Assembly (NCBI GenBank): GCA_035687745.1
Contig: DASRVA010000090.1
Span: 291 to 64,290, forward strand
DNA: 64,000 bases
Source of the DNA: Gemmatimonadota bacterium
GTDB lineage: Bacteria; Gemmatimonadota; Gemmatimonadetes; JACCXV01; JAHWKZ01
Reading direction: 5' to 3'
This document shows positions 28,105-38,763 of this stretch, in pieces. Positions within the stretch are counted from its first letter, which is position 1. Every line of letters starts with the position of its first letter. A model generated the notes under the pieces. That model was not told the DNA's origin. It did no database searches and saw nothing but the letters and a program-made list of their open reading frames with translations. A program made the position numbers and the translations under genes.

Positions 28105-28245
28105 CGAGGTTTTTCTCCTGGGTAGTTTGGGGTTTGCAGGGGCTCTCTCCCGCCGGTCACGGTTGGATCGCGACCGGAAGACCCGTCCGGGAGGCCCCTC
28201 GTGGCGCAGAGGGTACACCACGAAGGGGGTCGAGGACAAGCTCGT

Positions 28246-29109
28246 TCAGCGTGAAAGATGCTCGAGGTCCTCGTCGGTGAGGTGGATCGACGCCGCCGCC
28301 ACGTTCTCCTCCAGGTGGTCCACGCTGGACGTCCCCGGGATGGGCAGCAAGACCGGCGAGCGGGCGAGGAGCCACGCCAGCGCGATCTGGGCGGGGGTCG
28401 CGTCGTAGGCCCGCGCGACCTCGGCGATGGGCCCGCGGCCTTTTGTCAGCCTGCCGGCGGCGAGCGGGAACCACGGAATGAACCCGATCCCGAGCTCCGC
28501 GCATCTCCCCAGGACGTCTTCCGAGCCTCGGTCGTCCAGGCTGTAGCGGTTCTGGACCGAGACCACGTCGGCGATCTCGAGCGCCCGATCGAGCTCCTCG
28601 ACGTCGACGTTCGAGAGGCCCAGCTGCCGGATCTTGCCCTCGTCCTGGAGGTCCTTGAGCGCCCCCACCGACTCCTCCAGAGGGACGTGGGGATCCACGG
28701 TGTGGAGCTGATAGAGATCGATCCGGTCGAGATGGAGCCGCCGCAGGCTTCCTTCGCACGCCTCGCGGAGGTGCTCGGGGCGGCCGTCGGCCCCCCACCC
28801 GTTAGGCCCGAAGCGGATGGAGCCACCCTTGGTCGCGATAACGAACCCTTCAGGATAGGGGTGCAGGGCTTCCCTGATCAGCCGCTCCGAGATCGCGGGG
28901 CCGTAGGAGTCGGCGGTATCGATGAAGTCGACGCCCAGCTCGACAACCCGGCGCAGGAGGCTCCGGGCCTCTTCGGGGTCCTTCGGCTCGCCCCAGATGC
29001 CGTGGCCGGTGATCCGCATCGCGCCGAATCCCAGCCTGTGTACCTCCAGGTCCCCGATCGTGAAGGTTCCGCTGCCTTCGACCGCCGTCGTACCCGCTCT
29101 GCCTTGCAT
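28246..29109 (-). CDS. aldo/keto reductase
   Basis: AKR motifs IDTADSYG and LGLSN. Confidence 0.8.
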   Translation of the reverse strand: MQGRAGTTAVEGSGTFTIGDLEVHRLGFGAMRITGHGIWGEPKDPEEARSLLRRVVELGVDFIDTADSYGPAISERLIREALHPYPEGFVIATKGGSIRFGPNGWGADGRPEHLREACEGSLRRLHLDRIDLYQLHTVDPHVPLEESVGALKDLQDEGKIRQLGLSNVDVEELDRALEIADVVSVQNRYSLDDRGSEDVLGRCAELGIGFIPWFPLAAGRLTKGRGPIAEVARAYDATPAQIALAWLLARSPVLLPIPGTSSVDHLEENVAAASIHLTDEDLEHLSR

Positions 29110-29222
29110 ACGCCTCCTGTCCGAATGCCTGGAAGGTCCACATATTCATCCTCCCATTCCGCGACGGTCCGGACTGTCAGTCATCCAACAATCCATCCCG
29201 GGCTTCGGCACCCAGACCTCGG

Positions 29223-30476
29223 ATGAGAAGCGAGCCCACCCCCCTTCGTCCCATCGCCCCCAGCCAGCGGATCGACCTCCTGGACGTCCTCCGCGGCTTT
29301 GCCCTGGGCGGGATCGTCGTCGTCAACTACCAGGCCATCTCGGGCCTCATCTTCATGTCCCCGGAAGACCTCTCCAGCCTCGGATTGACCGCCGCCGACC
29401 GTACCGTCCAGTTCCTCGTCCACGTTTTTCTCGAGCAGAAGTTCTACAGCCTGTTTTCGCTCCTCTTCGGGATCGGCTTCTCCATCCTCATGGGACGGGC
29501 CGCCGAACGGGGCTCGGCGTTCGCCCCCTTCTTTCACCGGCGCCTGACCGTGCTCCTCGGGATCGGATTCGTGCACGCGATCCTGATCTGGCCCGGCGAC
29601 ATCCTGATCCTCTACGCCGTCCTGGGGTTCGCGCTGCTCCTCTTCCGCGATTCCTCGGACCGATCGGTGCTGGGCTGGGGCGTGGGGCTCCTGCTGAGCC
29701 CGATCGTCGTCTATTCGGGGTTTCTGGCGGTCGGGATGCCGGACCCCATGGCCATGGCGGCGGAGCGGGGCGGTCCCTCCCTGCTCGCCCGAGCCCTCGC
29801 CGCCTTCCGGGAAGGCTCCTACCCCGAGGTCGTGGCGGCGAACGCTCTCCTTTACGCCGGCACGTGGATCCGCTACCTGCTCTCGATCCGGATCCCGCGC
29901 GTTTTCGGCATGTTCCTGATCGGCGTCTGGCTGGACCGCCGGGGAGTCTTCCGGGATCCGGAGGCAAACCGTGCGCTCCTGGTCCGGGCGGTCGTGTGGG
30001 GCGTGGCGATCGGCCTGCCCGCCAACCTCGCCGTGGCCTTCCTGGGGGAAGACCAGATGGCCCTGCCCGCCTCCGGGCCCGGCCTTCTCCAGACGACCCT
30101 CTCCTCGATCGGCGTCCCCGCGCTCGCCCTCGCCTACGCGGCGGCCCTGGGGCTGGCTATGGGGAGGATGGCCAGGCGCTCCCGCTGGACGCTCCTCGCT
30201 CCCACGGGACGGATGGCCCTCACCAACTACCTGCTCCAGAGCGTGGGCGGCGTCGGGATCTTCTACGGGCTCGGGGCAGGGCTTTTCGGGCGCGTGCGGC
30301 CGGTCGCGGTCTGGGGGATCGCCGTGGCCGTCTTCGCCGTCCAGGTCGCCCTCAGCCGGATCTGGATGGCTCGCTTCGCTTACGGCCCCGCCGAGTGGAT
30401 CTGGCGCCGTCTGACCTACCGTGGCCCGGTGCCGCTCCGCCGCACGGCTGCCGGCCCCGCCGCGGGGGGAGCCTGA
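29223..30476 (+). CDS. DUF418 (YeiB-like) integral membrane protein
   Basis: RIDLLDVLRGFALGGIVVVN N-terminus typical of DUF418; multi-TM. Confidence 0.7.
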   Translation: MRSEPTPLRPIAPSQRIDLLDVLRGFALGGIVVVNYQAISGLIFMSPEDLSSLGLTAADRTVQFLVHVFLEQKFYSLFSLLFGIGFSILMGRAAERGSAFAPFFHRRLTVLLGIGFVHAILIWPGDILILYAVLGFALLLFRDSSDRSVLGWGVGLLLSPIVVYSGFLAVGMPDPMAMAAERGGPSLLARALAAFREGSYPEVVAANALLYAGTWIRYLLSIRIPRVFGMFLIGVWLDRRGVFRDPEANRALLVRAVVWGVAIGLPANLAVAFLGEDQMALPASGPGLLQTTLSSIGVPALALAYAAALGLAMGRMARRSRWTLLAPTGRMALTNYLLQSVGGVGIFYGLGAGLFGRVRPVAVWGIAVAVFAVQVALSRIWMARFAYGPAEWIWRRLTYRGPVPLRRTAAGPAAGGA

Positions 30477-30544
30477 GGACCGGCGTTCGGGGGCGCAACC
30501 TCACTCCCCATGTCTTCCGACGTGTCCGGACAGTGACCTTGGGC

Positions 30545-31531
30545 TCAGCGCGCGAGCCAGCCGCTCTCGCTCAACTCGTCGTTGCGGTCGGTGGCGGGCG
30601 GGGGCTCGGGCGAGAGCGCGGAGATCTCGGCACGGAGCTCCGGGGTCATGTCGATCTCGAGCGCGGCCAACGATCCCTCGAGCTGCTCGAGGTTGCGCGC
30701 CCCGATCAGGGGCGCCGTCACCGCCGGATGGCCACCCACCCACGCCACGGCCAGCGCCGCCGGCTGCCAGCCGCGCTCGCGGGCGAACGCCGCGAACCGC
30801 TCTGCGGTGTCGTAGGTGTTCCGGTAGCGGATCTGGTACATCTCGCTCTCGACCAGGCGACCGCCCGCCGGCCGCTCGTTACCGGCGTACTTGCCGGTCA
30901 GGAGCCCCCCGCCGAGCGGGCTGTAGGGAAAGACGGCCAGGTTCTCGGCCTCGGCCATCGGCAGGATCTCCACCTCGGCCTGCCGCTTGACGAGGTTGTA
31001 CATGGGCTGGAGGGCCTTGAACCGGACGAAGCCCCGGAGGGCGGAGATCCCGAGCGCCTTCTCCACCTGCCAGGCGGCGAAATTGCTGGCCGCCGTGTAC
31101 AGGATCTTCCCCTCGCGGACGAGGTCGTCGAGAGCGCGCAGGGTCTCCTCGAGACCCGTCTTCCCATCGAAGCGGTGGATGAAGTACAGGTCGATCCGGT
31201 CGGTGTTAAGCCGCAGGAGGCTCCCTTCCACCGCCCGCCGCAGGTGCCGCCGCGAGGCGCCCTGGGCGTTCGGGTCCTCCCCCGTCGGGAAGAAGGCCTT
31301 GCTGGTGACGAGCACCTCGTCCCGGCAGTCAGTCACGAGATCCCCCAGGATCTCCTCCGAGAGCCCGTTCTCGTAGACGTTCGCGCAGTCGAAGAGGTTG
31401 ATGCCTGCCTCGCGGCAGCGATCGAAGATCGCCCGCGAGGTCCTGGCATCGGCGGCCCCGCCGAACGTCATCGTTCCCAGGGCAAGGGACGACACCTGGA
31501 CACCCGTGTCGGCGAGGAAGGAATAGTTCAC
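30545..31531 (-). CDS. aldo/keto reductase
   Basis: FDCANVYENG and IHRFD AKR motifs, 328 aa. Confidence 0.8.
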   Translation of the reverse strand: MNYSFLADTGVQVSSLALGTMTFGGAADARTSRAIFDRCREAGINLFDCANVYENGLSEEILGDLVTDCRDEVLVTSKAFFPTGEDPNAQGASRRHLRRAVEGSLLRLNTDRIDLYFIHRFDGKTGLEETLRALDDLVREGKILYTAASNFAAWQVEKALGISALRGFVRFKALQPMYNLVKRQAEVEILPMAEAENLAVFPYSPLGGGLLTGKYAGNERPAGGRLVESEMYQIRYRNTYDTAERFAAFARERGWQPAALAVAWVGGHPAVTAPLIGARNLEQLEGSLAALEIDMTPELRAEISALSPEPPPATDRNDELSESGWLAR

Positions 31532-31575
31532 GTGATCAGCGCGACGTCAGCGGATGGGCCGTGGGGGCGGGCGGC

Positions 31576-32484
31576 TCACCGCTCCAACGTTGCCCGGTCC
31601 CACTTGCCTTTCTCCGCGGCCGCCTCGTAGGTCGTCCGCAGGAAGGAGAGCAGCAGGGCGTCCGGATCGTCGGCGGATCGGACAGCCTCGTAGGGAAGCA
31701 CGTACTCGCGCAGGTCGTCGTGATAGTAGGCCGCCGCCGGCTCGACCGCCCAGTCACGGAAGCCGTCGGGCTCGGGGTAGGCGTAGGCGTAGAAGGCGGG
31801 TTCGCCGAGGCCCGCCCCAGGCCACCATCCCGCGCTCCAGCACTCGTGGGAGTAGGCCTCCCGGGTGATGAAGTCGGGCACGCCCGGCGCGCCCGGATGG
31901 GGCGGCGCCTTCCGCCCGGAGAATCGCGTCGACGCGAGGTCGAAGCTCCCCCAGAAGAAGTGGACCGGGCTCGCCTTCCCCAGGAAGTCGTCACGGAACG
32001 ACTTGGCCACGCGGTCCCCCTGGGCCAGGGCGCGCCAGAAGCGATTCGCCCAGGCCGCGTCGTACGCGGCATGCAGCCGATCCTCGACGAACGGGATCGG
32101 TTCGGGCACCTCGACCGGAACCGGCCAGATCTCGACCTCGATCCCGAGATCGGCGAGCGCGGCCATCGTCTTCTGATGGAAGTCGGCGACCGTCATCGGG
32201 CGCAGCGCCAGATCGCGGCTCCCTCCATCGCTCGTCACGATGTCCAGACGGTGGTCCACGAAGTCGATATCCATCTGGAAGGTGCGGTCGTCGTCCGGGA
32301 TCGGGCTGGTCGTGAGGCCGCGGCTGGTCAGGTAGAGAGGAACGTGCCACCAATGGTTGACCGGCGGTGTCTTGGCGAGCCGCACCTTCCCCACGACCTG
32401 GCTCCACATGTGGAGCGTGGCGTAGGTGTCGACCCAGCCCTCGAGGGGCAGCTCGGGCCAGGCCCCGTCGTGGGGTGAGATCAT
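31576..32484 (-). CDS. DUF5996-like conserved hypothetical protein
   Basis: ATG 32484 (MISPHDGAWPEL...), 302 aa. The upstream 176 aa of the track ORF is read-through. Confidence 0.6.
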   Translation of the reverse strand: MISPHDGAWPELPLEGWVDTYATLHMWSQVVGKVRLAKTPPVNHWWHVPLYLTSRGLTTSPIPDDDRTFQMDIDFVDHRLDIVTSDGGSRDLALRPMTVADFHQKTMAALADLGIEVEIWPVPVEVPEPIPFVEDRLHAAYDAAWANRFWRALAQGDRVAKSFRDDFLGKASPVHFFWGSFDLASTRFSGRKAPPHPGAPGVPDFITREAYSHECWSAGWWPGAGLGEPAFYAYAYPEPDGFRDWAVEPAAAYYHDDLREYVLPYEAVRSADDPDALLLSFLRTTYEAAAEKGKWDRATLER

Positions 32485-32548
32485 GACCCTATGGTAGCGC
32501 CGGCGCGGGGGAACGTCGACGCTCCAGGCGAGCGTGTCCTCGAGTGGG

Positions 32549-33160
32549 TCAGAACCCGAACTCGAGCCCCGCCGACAGCTCGATGTTGTGGAGGGCTTCG
32601 TCCTCCACGCAAGCGCCGAAGTCAGATCCCTGGGGGATGGCGCCGATCTCCTCGGGTCCGTCGCAGAGGTCCACGTGGTCCTTGGCGTCGGCCCGGATCC
32701 GCCACGCGCCCAGCGGGATCGACACCCCGGCCCCGTAGTTGACGAGCAGGTTGGTGTCGCTGTCCCGCTCCTCGGGGGCGTACCGGATCCCCCCCAGGCC
32801 GCCCGAGACGAAGACGTCGACCGGGAGCGGGAGGTGATAGTTGAGCGCGCCGTAGAAGAGGTCGATGTCGGCGTCCTCCTGGAAGACGTCCCCGACCAGG
32901 TCGAACTCGCCATCCACCGACGAGCGGCCGTAGGAGAGGTCGAGCGAGAGGCCGTCGTGGCCGCCGAGCCCGAGCCGCACGCCCCAGATCGCCCCGGCGT
33001 CCAGGTCGGCATTCTCGAACGCGTCCTCGAACGAGCTCTCGTCGAAGCCGTAGTACCCGAGGTAGGGGTTGATCGAGACGCCGAGCCCCTGGGCGTGGGC
33101 GGCGGACGGGAGCGAGGTCGTCGCGGCGAGCAAGGCGGCGAGCGAAAGGACGCGCTTCAT
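32549..33160 (-). CDS. outer-membrane beta-barrel protein (OmpA-like/OmpW-like barrel)
   Basis: Signal peptide ending AHAQG, alternating amphipathic strands, C-terminal aromatic ...LEFGF. This is a marker of a diderm envelope. Confidence 0.6.
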   Translation of the reverse strand: MKRVLSLAALLAATTSLPSAAHAQGLGVSINPYLGYYGFDESSFEDAFENADLDAGAIWGVRLGLGGHDGLSLDLSYGRSSVDGEFDLVGDVFQEDADIDLFYGALNYHLPLPVDVFVSGGLGGIRYAPEERDSDTNLLVNYGAGVSIPLGAWRIRADAKDHVDLCDGPEEIGAIPQGSDFGACVEDEALHNIELSAGLEFGF

Positions 33161-33269
33161 GGGAGCTCTCCCTTCGAGGATTCGGGCGGGTTACGAAGTC
33201 CCCTCATAGCCCCGACGGGACGGCCGGCGTTCCCCGAATCCACGGACGTGGTAAACTTCCTTCGTAAGG

Positions 33270-34793
33270 ATGATCCGACCCGATCTCCCCCGCGCGCCCG
33301 GTCGACGGGAGTTCCTCCGCAACACCGCCGGCGCGGCCGCCCTCGCGCTGCTCGACTGGCCGGCCGCCGCCAGGGCCTGGACGGCTTCCCGACCGAGCCC
33401 GGTCCGCGTCCGGGGCGTCGTCCGGACTCCATACGGCGGGCTTCAGGGAGTCGCGGTGACGGACGGCCTGAGCGTCGTGGACACGGCGGCCGACGGAAGC
33501 TACGAGCTCATCACCACGCGGGGCCGGCCGTTCGTGCACGTCTCGCTGCCGGCCGGCCACCGGATCCCCGTGAACGCGACCGGTACGGCGAACTTCTATC
33601 GTCCTATCGCCGCGAACGGCGCCGAGGCCGAGGCGGTCTTCGATCTGGAACCGGTCGGGGAGTCCGACGAGCGGCACGCCTTCCTCGTCCTCGCCGACAT
33701 CCAGACCGAGGACGTGACCGAGATGGCGTGGTTCCACGAGCAGACGGTGCCCGACGTGCAGGCCACCCTCGGCGGGTTGGGACGGGAGAACGTCTTCGGG
33801 CTGGCGCTCGGCGACATCATGTTCGACCACCTGGAGCTCTTCCCCGAGTTCGAGCGCGGCGTCTCGCGGATGGGGATCCCGTTCTTCCAGGTCGTCGGCA
33901 ACCACGATCTCGATCTGGACGCCCTGACGGACGAGCGGTCGACCGCCACCTTCCAGCGCCACTTCGGCCCGCCGTGGTACTCGTTCGATCGGGGCGCGGT
34001 CCACTACGTCGTGCTGGACAACGTGTTCTGGCACGGGGACGGATATCTGGGCTACGTCGGCGCGGACCAGCTCGCCTGGCTCGAGGCGGATCTGGCGCGC
34101 GTCGAGCCGGGCCGGCCGGTGGTCGTCGCGCTCCACATCCCGATTCTCGGGACCCGGCACCTCCGGGAGGGCGACGAGACTCCCTGGCGAGGTCTCTCGA
34201 CCGGCAATCGCGACGCCCTTTACGCGCTGCTCGATCCTTACCCCGCCACGATCCTCGCCGGTCACACGCACGAGAACGAGCACCTGTTCGCGAACGGCGT
34301 TCACGAGCACGTCTGCGCCGCGGTCTGCGGGGCCTGGTGGAGCGGGCCGATCTGCGCGGACGGGGCGCCCAACGGGTACGTGGTGTACGAGGTGAGCGGC
34401 GAGTCGCTCCGCTGGCGCTTCCAGGCCACGGGCGAGGCCGAGGACTTCGGTCTCCGGGTCTATCCGGCGGGCGTGGATCCGGCCGCCCCGGACGAGTTCG
34501 TCGCCAACGTGTGGGACTGGGATCCCGAGTGGCGGGTGACCTGGCTCGAGGACGGCGTCCGGCGCGGGGAGATGACCGCCCGGGTGGGGCACGATCCGCT
34601 GAGCGTCCGACTCCATCAGGGGCCCGCGCTCCCGCCCCGCCGGACGTGGGTGGATCCGTACCCGACCGGGCACCTCTTCTACGCCCCGGCCAGCGAGGGC
34701 GACCTCGTCGTCGAGGCGACCGACCGCTTCGGTCGCGTCCTCTCGGCGGTCGCCCCCGCCTCGGAGGAGGGGGTGGCGATCCCCGGACCCTGA
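33270..34793 (+). CDS. Tat-exported calcineurin-like metallophosphoesterase
   Basis: Twin-arginine signal RREFLRNTAGAAALALL; GDIMFDH, GNHD, GHTHENEH metallophosphatase motifs. Confidence 0.75.
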   Translation: MIRPDLPRAPGRREFLRNTAGAAALALLDWPAAARAWTASRPSPVRVRGVVRTPYGGLQGVAVTDGLSVVDTAADGSYELITTRGRPFVHVSLPAGHRIPVNATGTANFYRPIAANGAEAEAVFDLEPVGESDERHAFLVLADIQTEDVTEMAWFHEQTVPDVQATLGGLGRENVFGLALGDIMFDHLELFPEFERGVSRMGIPFFQVVGNHDLDLDALTDERSTATFQRHFGPPWYSFDRGAVHYVVLDNVFWHGDGYLGYVGADQLAWLEADLARVEPGRPVVVALHIPILGTRHLREGDETPWRGLSTGNRDALYALLDPYPATILAGHTHENEHLFANGVHEHVCAAVCGAWWSGPICADGAPNGYVVYEVSGESLRWRFQATGEAEDFGLRVYPAGVDPAAPDEFVANVWDWDPEWRVTWLEDGVRRGEMTARVGHDPLSVRLHQGPALPPRRTWVDPYPTGHLFYAPASEGDLVVEATDRFGRVLSAVAPASEEGVAIPGP

Positions 34794-34835
34794 CCCCTAT
34801 TGCGGTCGGCTCCGGGTCTTCCCTATCCTGACGCG

Positions 34836-35420
34836 ATGCGGGTCGCGCCCATCCTGAACGTCGCGGCCAAGGTCCTCCTGGTCGCGCTCCTCCTCTACGC
34901 GGTCGCCAACCCGGAGATGCCGCGCTTCGCCGGCAAGGCGATGGGCATCCGGGCTGTCCTCTATCCGCTGGCCACGCTCCTGATCCCGCTCGTTCGGGTC
35001 CTCAAGGGCCGACCGGGACCTTATCCGCATGCGGCCGACACGCTTCTCGCGATGCCCTTCCTGATCGACGTCGGCGGGAACGTCGCCAACCTCTACGACA
35101 CCGTCGTCTGGTTCGACGACGCCGCCCACGCGCTGACGTGGATGTTCCTTGTCTTCGCCGTGGGCGCGCTTCTCCTGCGGCTCCGTCTGGCGCCCTGGAC
35201 CACCGCCGCCCTCTGCATCGGGTTCGGGTCGGTGACGCACGTCCTGTGGGAGATCCTCGAGTACCTGATCATGATCAGCGGCCGGACCGGCCTCCACCTG
35301 ACCTACGGGGACACGGTCGGGGACCTGGCGGCGTCCCTGTCGGGGAGTGTGCTTGCGGGGCTGATGACGGGGTGGATCGCGGCCAGGTCTTCTTCCGGCT
35401 CGCCTCGCACACCTCGATGA
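34836..35420 (+). CDS. integral membrane protein, hypothetical
   Basis: Multi-TM ORF. The start is uncertain; 34800 is an in-frame alternative. Confidence 0.4.
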   Translation: MRVAPILNVAAKVLLVALLLYAVANPEMPRFAGKAMGIRAVLYPLATLLIPLVRVLKGRPGPYPHAADTLLAMPFLIDVGGNVANLYDTVVWFDDAAHALTWMFLVFAVGALLLRLRLAPWTTAALCIGFGSVTHVLWEILEYLIMISGRTGLHLTYGDTVGDLAASLSGSVLAGLMTGWIAARSSSGSPRTPR

Positions 35421-35433
35421 ACCGCGGAGGCGA

Positions 35434-35868
35434 TCACTCGAACAGATGGACGCGGGCGTCGGTCGTGACGCGCAGGACCGCGTCCTGACGGAAGCGCCGG
35501 CGGTACTCCTCGGCGATCGACGCCATGGCTGAGTCGGCCGTGGCACTCACCGGGTGCACGATCTCGATCACGAGGACGGGCTCCTCGACGAGAACGCCAC
35601 CCGGGTCCGTCCATTGACCCTCCGCGCGCCAGACCGTGAGGCCCTCCGGGAACTTCGGCGTGACGACCTCTTCGAGGAAGACCCTCCAATCCTCCTCGGA
35701 GACGGAACCGCCATCCGGGATCGCGCGGCCGAAGACCAATCGATCCGCAACCATCCTCCGGACCGTCCGCTCCGTCGAGGGAGCGGCCCCGTCCCGGGAC
35801 CCCGCGCAGGCGGCCAGCGCAAGGAGCCACGCGACGAGGGCGGTTCGGGCTGCAGGGCGACCGATCAC
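35434..35868 (-). CDS. DUF3574-family lipoprotein
   Basis: Lipobox LAAC; GTG 35868 overlaps the ABC transporter stop (GTGA). Confidence 0.5.
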   Translation of the reverse strand: MIGRPAARTALVAWLLALAACAGSRDGAAPSTERTVRRMVADRLVFGRAIPDGGSVSEEDWRVFLEEVVTPKFPEGLTVWRAEGQWTDPGGVLVEEPVLVIEIVHPVSATADSAMASIAEEYRRRFRQDAVLRVTTDARVHLFE

Positions 35869-37682
35869 GGAGTCGCGAATCGCTCCAGATCCTCCGCGGC
35901 CGGCTCGTCCGGCGCGGCTTCCTGCTGCCGGCGCCACATCTCCGCGTAGACCCCCTCCCGCGCGAGGAGCTCCGTGTGGCGGCCCCGCTCGACGATCCGC
36001 CCTGCCTCCAGAACCACGATCTCGTCCGAGTCGACGACGGTCGACAACCGATGCGCGATGACGAGCGTCGTCCGGCCCCGGGCCACCTCGTCCAGGCTCG
36101 TCTGGATTTCCTTCTCGGTCCGCGTGTCGAGCGCCGACGTGGCCTCGTCCAGCATGAGGATGGGCGGATCCTTGAGGAGGGTCCGGGCGATCGCGACCCG
36201 CTGCTTCTCGCCGCCCGAGAGCTTGAGCCCGCGCTCGCCGACCTTGGTCTCGTACCCCTCGGGGAGCGAGACGATGAAGTCGTGGAGCCGCGCCAGGCGC
36301 GCCGCCCGCTCGACCTCGGCGGGGGTCGCGTCGGGGCGGCCGTAGGCGATGTTGTGGTAGATCGTGTCGTTGAAGAGGACCGTGTCCTGGGGGACGATCC
36401 CGATCGCCGCCCGGAGGCTCGCCTGGGTCACATCCCGGATCTCCTGGCCGTCGATCCGGATCGTCCCCGCATCGACGTCGTAGTAGCGGAAGAGGAGCCG
36501 CGAGATCGTCGACTTCCCCGCCCCGCTCGGGCCGACGATCGCGACCTGTCTCCCCGGCGGAACCGTGAACGAGATGTCGGTCAGGATCGCCCGCTTGGGA
36601 TCGTAGCCGAACGCGACCCTCTCGAATTCGACCTCTCCCCGCGGCACTTCCAGCGGCCGGGCTCCAGGCGCGTCCTGGACTTCCACGTTCTCCCCGAGGA
36701 GGGCGAACATGCTCTCCATGTCGATCAGCGACTGCTTGATCTGGCGGTAGACGAACCCCAGGAAGTTGAGCGGCTGGTAGAGCTGGATCAGGTACGTGTT
36801 GACGAGGACGAAGTCGCCCACCGTGAGCTCGCCCCGAGCCGTCCCCTGGGCAGCCATCAGCATGATCGTCGTCAGCCCGGCCGCGATGACGAGCCCCTGG
36901 CCGATATTGAGAATCGAGAGCGTGGTCTTCGTCTTGACCGCCGCGCCTTCATAGTCCCGGAGCGCCCGGTCGAAGCGGCCCGCCTCGTACTCCTCGTTGC
37001 CGAAGTACTTCACGGTCTCGTAGTTGAGGAGGGCGTCGACGACCCGTGCGCTCGCCTCGGTATCGGTCTCGTTCATGATCCGCACGAACTTGGTGCGCCA
37101 CTCGGTGACGAGGATCGTGAATGCGATGTAGATGGCGATCGTGACGAACGTCACGAGCGCGAAGCTGGCGGAGTAGAGACGCCACAGGACGCCGCAGACG
37201 AGCGCGATCTCGAGGAGCGTCGGAAGGATGTTGAACAGCATGAACGAGAGCAGGAACTCGATCCCGCTCGTCCCGCGCTCGATTGCCCGCGCCACGCCGC
37301 CGGTCCGGCGGTCCAGGTGGAAGCGGAGCGAGAGGCGGTTCAGGTGGCCGAAAGTCTCGAGCGCCACCCGCCGGATCGCCCGCTGCCCGACCTTCGCGAA
37401 GAGGGCGTCCCGGAGCTCGGCGAAGGCGGCCGACGCGATCCGGACGGCGCCGTAGGCGACGATGAGCGCGACCGGCACGACGATGAGGGCACCCGGCTCC
37501 TCGGGCGCCAGGATGTCCACCGCGCGCTTGTAGAGGATCGGGACGTAGACAGTGGCGACCTTCGCGGTCAGCAGACACGCGAGAGCCAGGACGACCCGCA
37601 GGCGGAGCCCGGGCTCGCCCTTGGGCCAGAGGTAGGGCAGAAGCGTGCGGATCGTTCGGAGGTCGCGGTGAGAGCGCTTCAT
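35865..37682 (-). CDS. ABC transporter, fused permease/ATPase of the ATM1/HMT1 exporter type
   Basis: Walker A GPSGAGKST, signature LSGGEKQRVA, Walker B ILMLDEATSALD; six N-terminal TM helices. Confidence 0.85.
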   Translation of the reverse strand: MKRSHRDLRTIRTLLPYLWPKGEPGLRLRVVLALACLLTAKVATVYVPILYKRAVDILAPEEPGALIVVPVALIVAYGAVRIASAAFAELRDALFAKVGQRAIRRVALETFGHLNRLSLRFHLDRRTGGVARAIERGTSGIEFLLSFMLFNILPTLLEIALVCGVLWRLYSASFALVTFVTIAIYIAFTILVTEWRTKFVRIMNETDTEASARVVDALLNYETVKYFGNEEYEAGRFDRALRDYEGAAVKTKTTLSILNIGQGLVIAAGLTTIMLMAAQGTARGELTVGDFVLVNTYLIQLYQPLNFLGFVYRQIKQSLIDMESMFALLGENVEVQDAPGARPLEVPRGEVEFERVAFGYDPKRAILTDISFTVPPGRQVAIVGPSGAGKSTISRLLFRYYDVDAGTIRIDGQEIRDVTQASLRAAIGIVPQDTVLFNDTIYHNIAYGRPDATPAEVERAARLARLHDFIVSLPEGYETKVGERGLKLSGGEKQRVAIARTLLKDPPILMLDEATSALDTRTEKEIQTSLDEVARGRTTLVIAHRLSTVVDSDEIVVLEAGRIVERGRHTELLAREGVYAEMWRRQQEAAPDEPAAEDLERFATP

Positions 37683-37857
37683 CGCGGAGAGAATCTACAC
37701 GGGTAGCCGCCCGATCCCCTAACTCGGCTCGCTCTCCCTGGCCGCGGCCGCTAACGTGGTTCGCGACTCCCGATATACACCCTCGCCCACCAGGAGTCCG
37801 TATGACCTCGAGATTACGAGATGTCCACGGGACCGTCCTCGCAACTGTCATGTCAGC

Positions 37858-38145
37858 ATGTCTGGAAATTCCAACGTCCCTCGTTGTCGCCTACTCCTGA
37901 AAGTCGCCACCGGTTCGTCCGCTGCAGGCATCCAGGGATGGCTCGGGGACGCGCTCAAGGTGCGGGTGACGGCAGCTCCCGAGCGTGGAAAGGCCAACGC
38001 GGCCGTCCTCGAGATCCTCGCAGGAACGCTAGGCCTTCCTCGGGAAGCGATCCGGATCGTCTCGGGGCACGGTTCGTCGCGGAAGGTCGTCGAGATCGAG
38101 GGGATGAGCGAGATGGAGGTCCGCCGGTTGCTGCAGCTCGTCTAA
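37858..38145 (+). CDS. DUF167 (YggU) family protein
   Basis: LLLKVATGSSAAGIQGW...LKVRVTAAPERGKAN pattern. Confidence 0.55.
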   Translation: MSGNSNVPRCRLLLKVATGSSAAGIQGWLGDALKVRVTAAPERGKANAAVLEILAGTLGLPREAIRIVSGHGSSRKVVEIEGMSEMEVRRLLQLV

Positions 38146-38190
38146 CCCGACTCGCGGCGTGGTGGGGTCAGCCTATATTGGTGAGTCCCC

Positions 38191-38763
38191 GTGCGCGCCC
38201 TCTTCGATACCCTTTCCCAGCCCTGGCCCTGGTACGTCGCCGGCCCCTCGCTCGGGGTCCTGGTCGCGTTCCTTCTCCTCTTGACCGGCAAGGGATTCGG
38301 CGTCTCTTCGAGCTTCCAGCACATCTGCGCGGCCGCCTTCCCCGGCCGCGCCGAGTACTTCCGCTACGACTGGAAGCGGGCCGGCCTCTGGAACCTGGTT
38401 TTCGTCCTGGGGATGCTGGCCGGCGGCTTCGTCGCGGGATGGCTGTTCGCGAACCCCGAGCCGGTCGCGATTTCCCCGGCGACCCACGAGGTGCTCGCCG
38501 CGCTCGGGATCCGTGACTTCGACGGCCTCGTTCCCGACGACCTGATCGGCTGGCAGGCGCTCGCCACGTTGCCCGGCTTCGTGGCGATCGTGATCGGCGG
38601 GTTCCTGGTCGGCTTCGGCGCCCGCTGGGCGGGCGGTTGCACGTCCGGTCACGCGATCACCGGGCTGGCCGGCCTCCAGAAGGCATCCTTGCTCGCGGTG
38701 ATCGGGTTTTTCACAGGCGGGCTGATCGTGACCCACCTCGTCCTGCCGGTCCTTCTCGGATGA
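38191..38763 (+). CDS. YeeE/YedE-family membrane protein (sulfur/thiosulfate transport-related), half 1
   Basis: GGCTSGHAITG conserved-Cys motif; 190 aa. Confidence 0.7.
   Translation: MRALFDTLSQPWPWYVAGPSLGVLVAFLLLLTGKGFGVSSSFQHICAAAFPGRAEYFRYDWKRAGLWNLVFVLGMLAGGFVAGWLFANPEPVAISPATHEVLAALGIRDFDGLVPDDLIGWQALATLPGFVAIVIGGFLVGFGARWAGGCTSGHAITGLAGLQKASLLAVIGFFTGGLIVTHLVLPVLLG

Noticed and set aside
28922-31630. 902-aa plus-strand ORF spanning two AKR genes and DUF418
   Set aside because: Low-complexity RPGR-rich translation. Antisense or alternate frame to three confident genes; no domain-like segments.
32534-37706. Large ORFs 32534-34831 (+), 33204-34673 (-), 35976-37706 (+)
   Set aside because: Alternate or antisense frames of the OMP, metallophosphoesterase and ABC transporter genes; no motifs.
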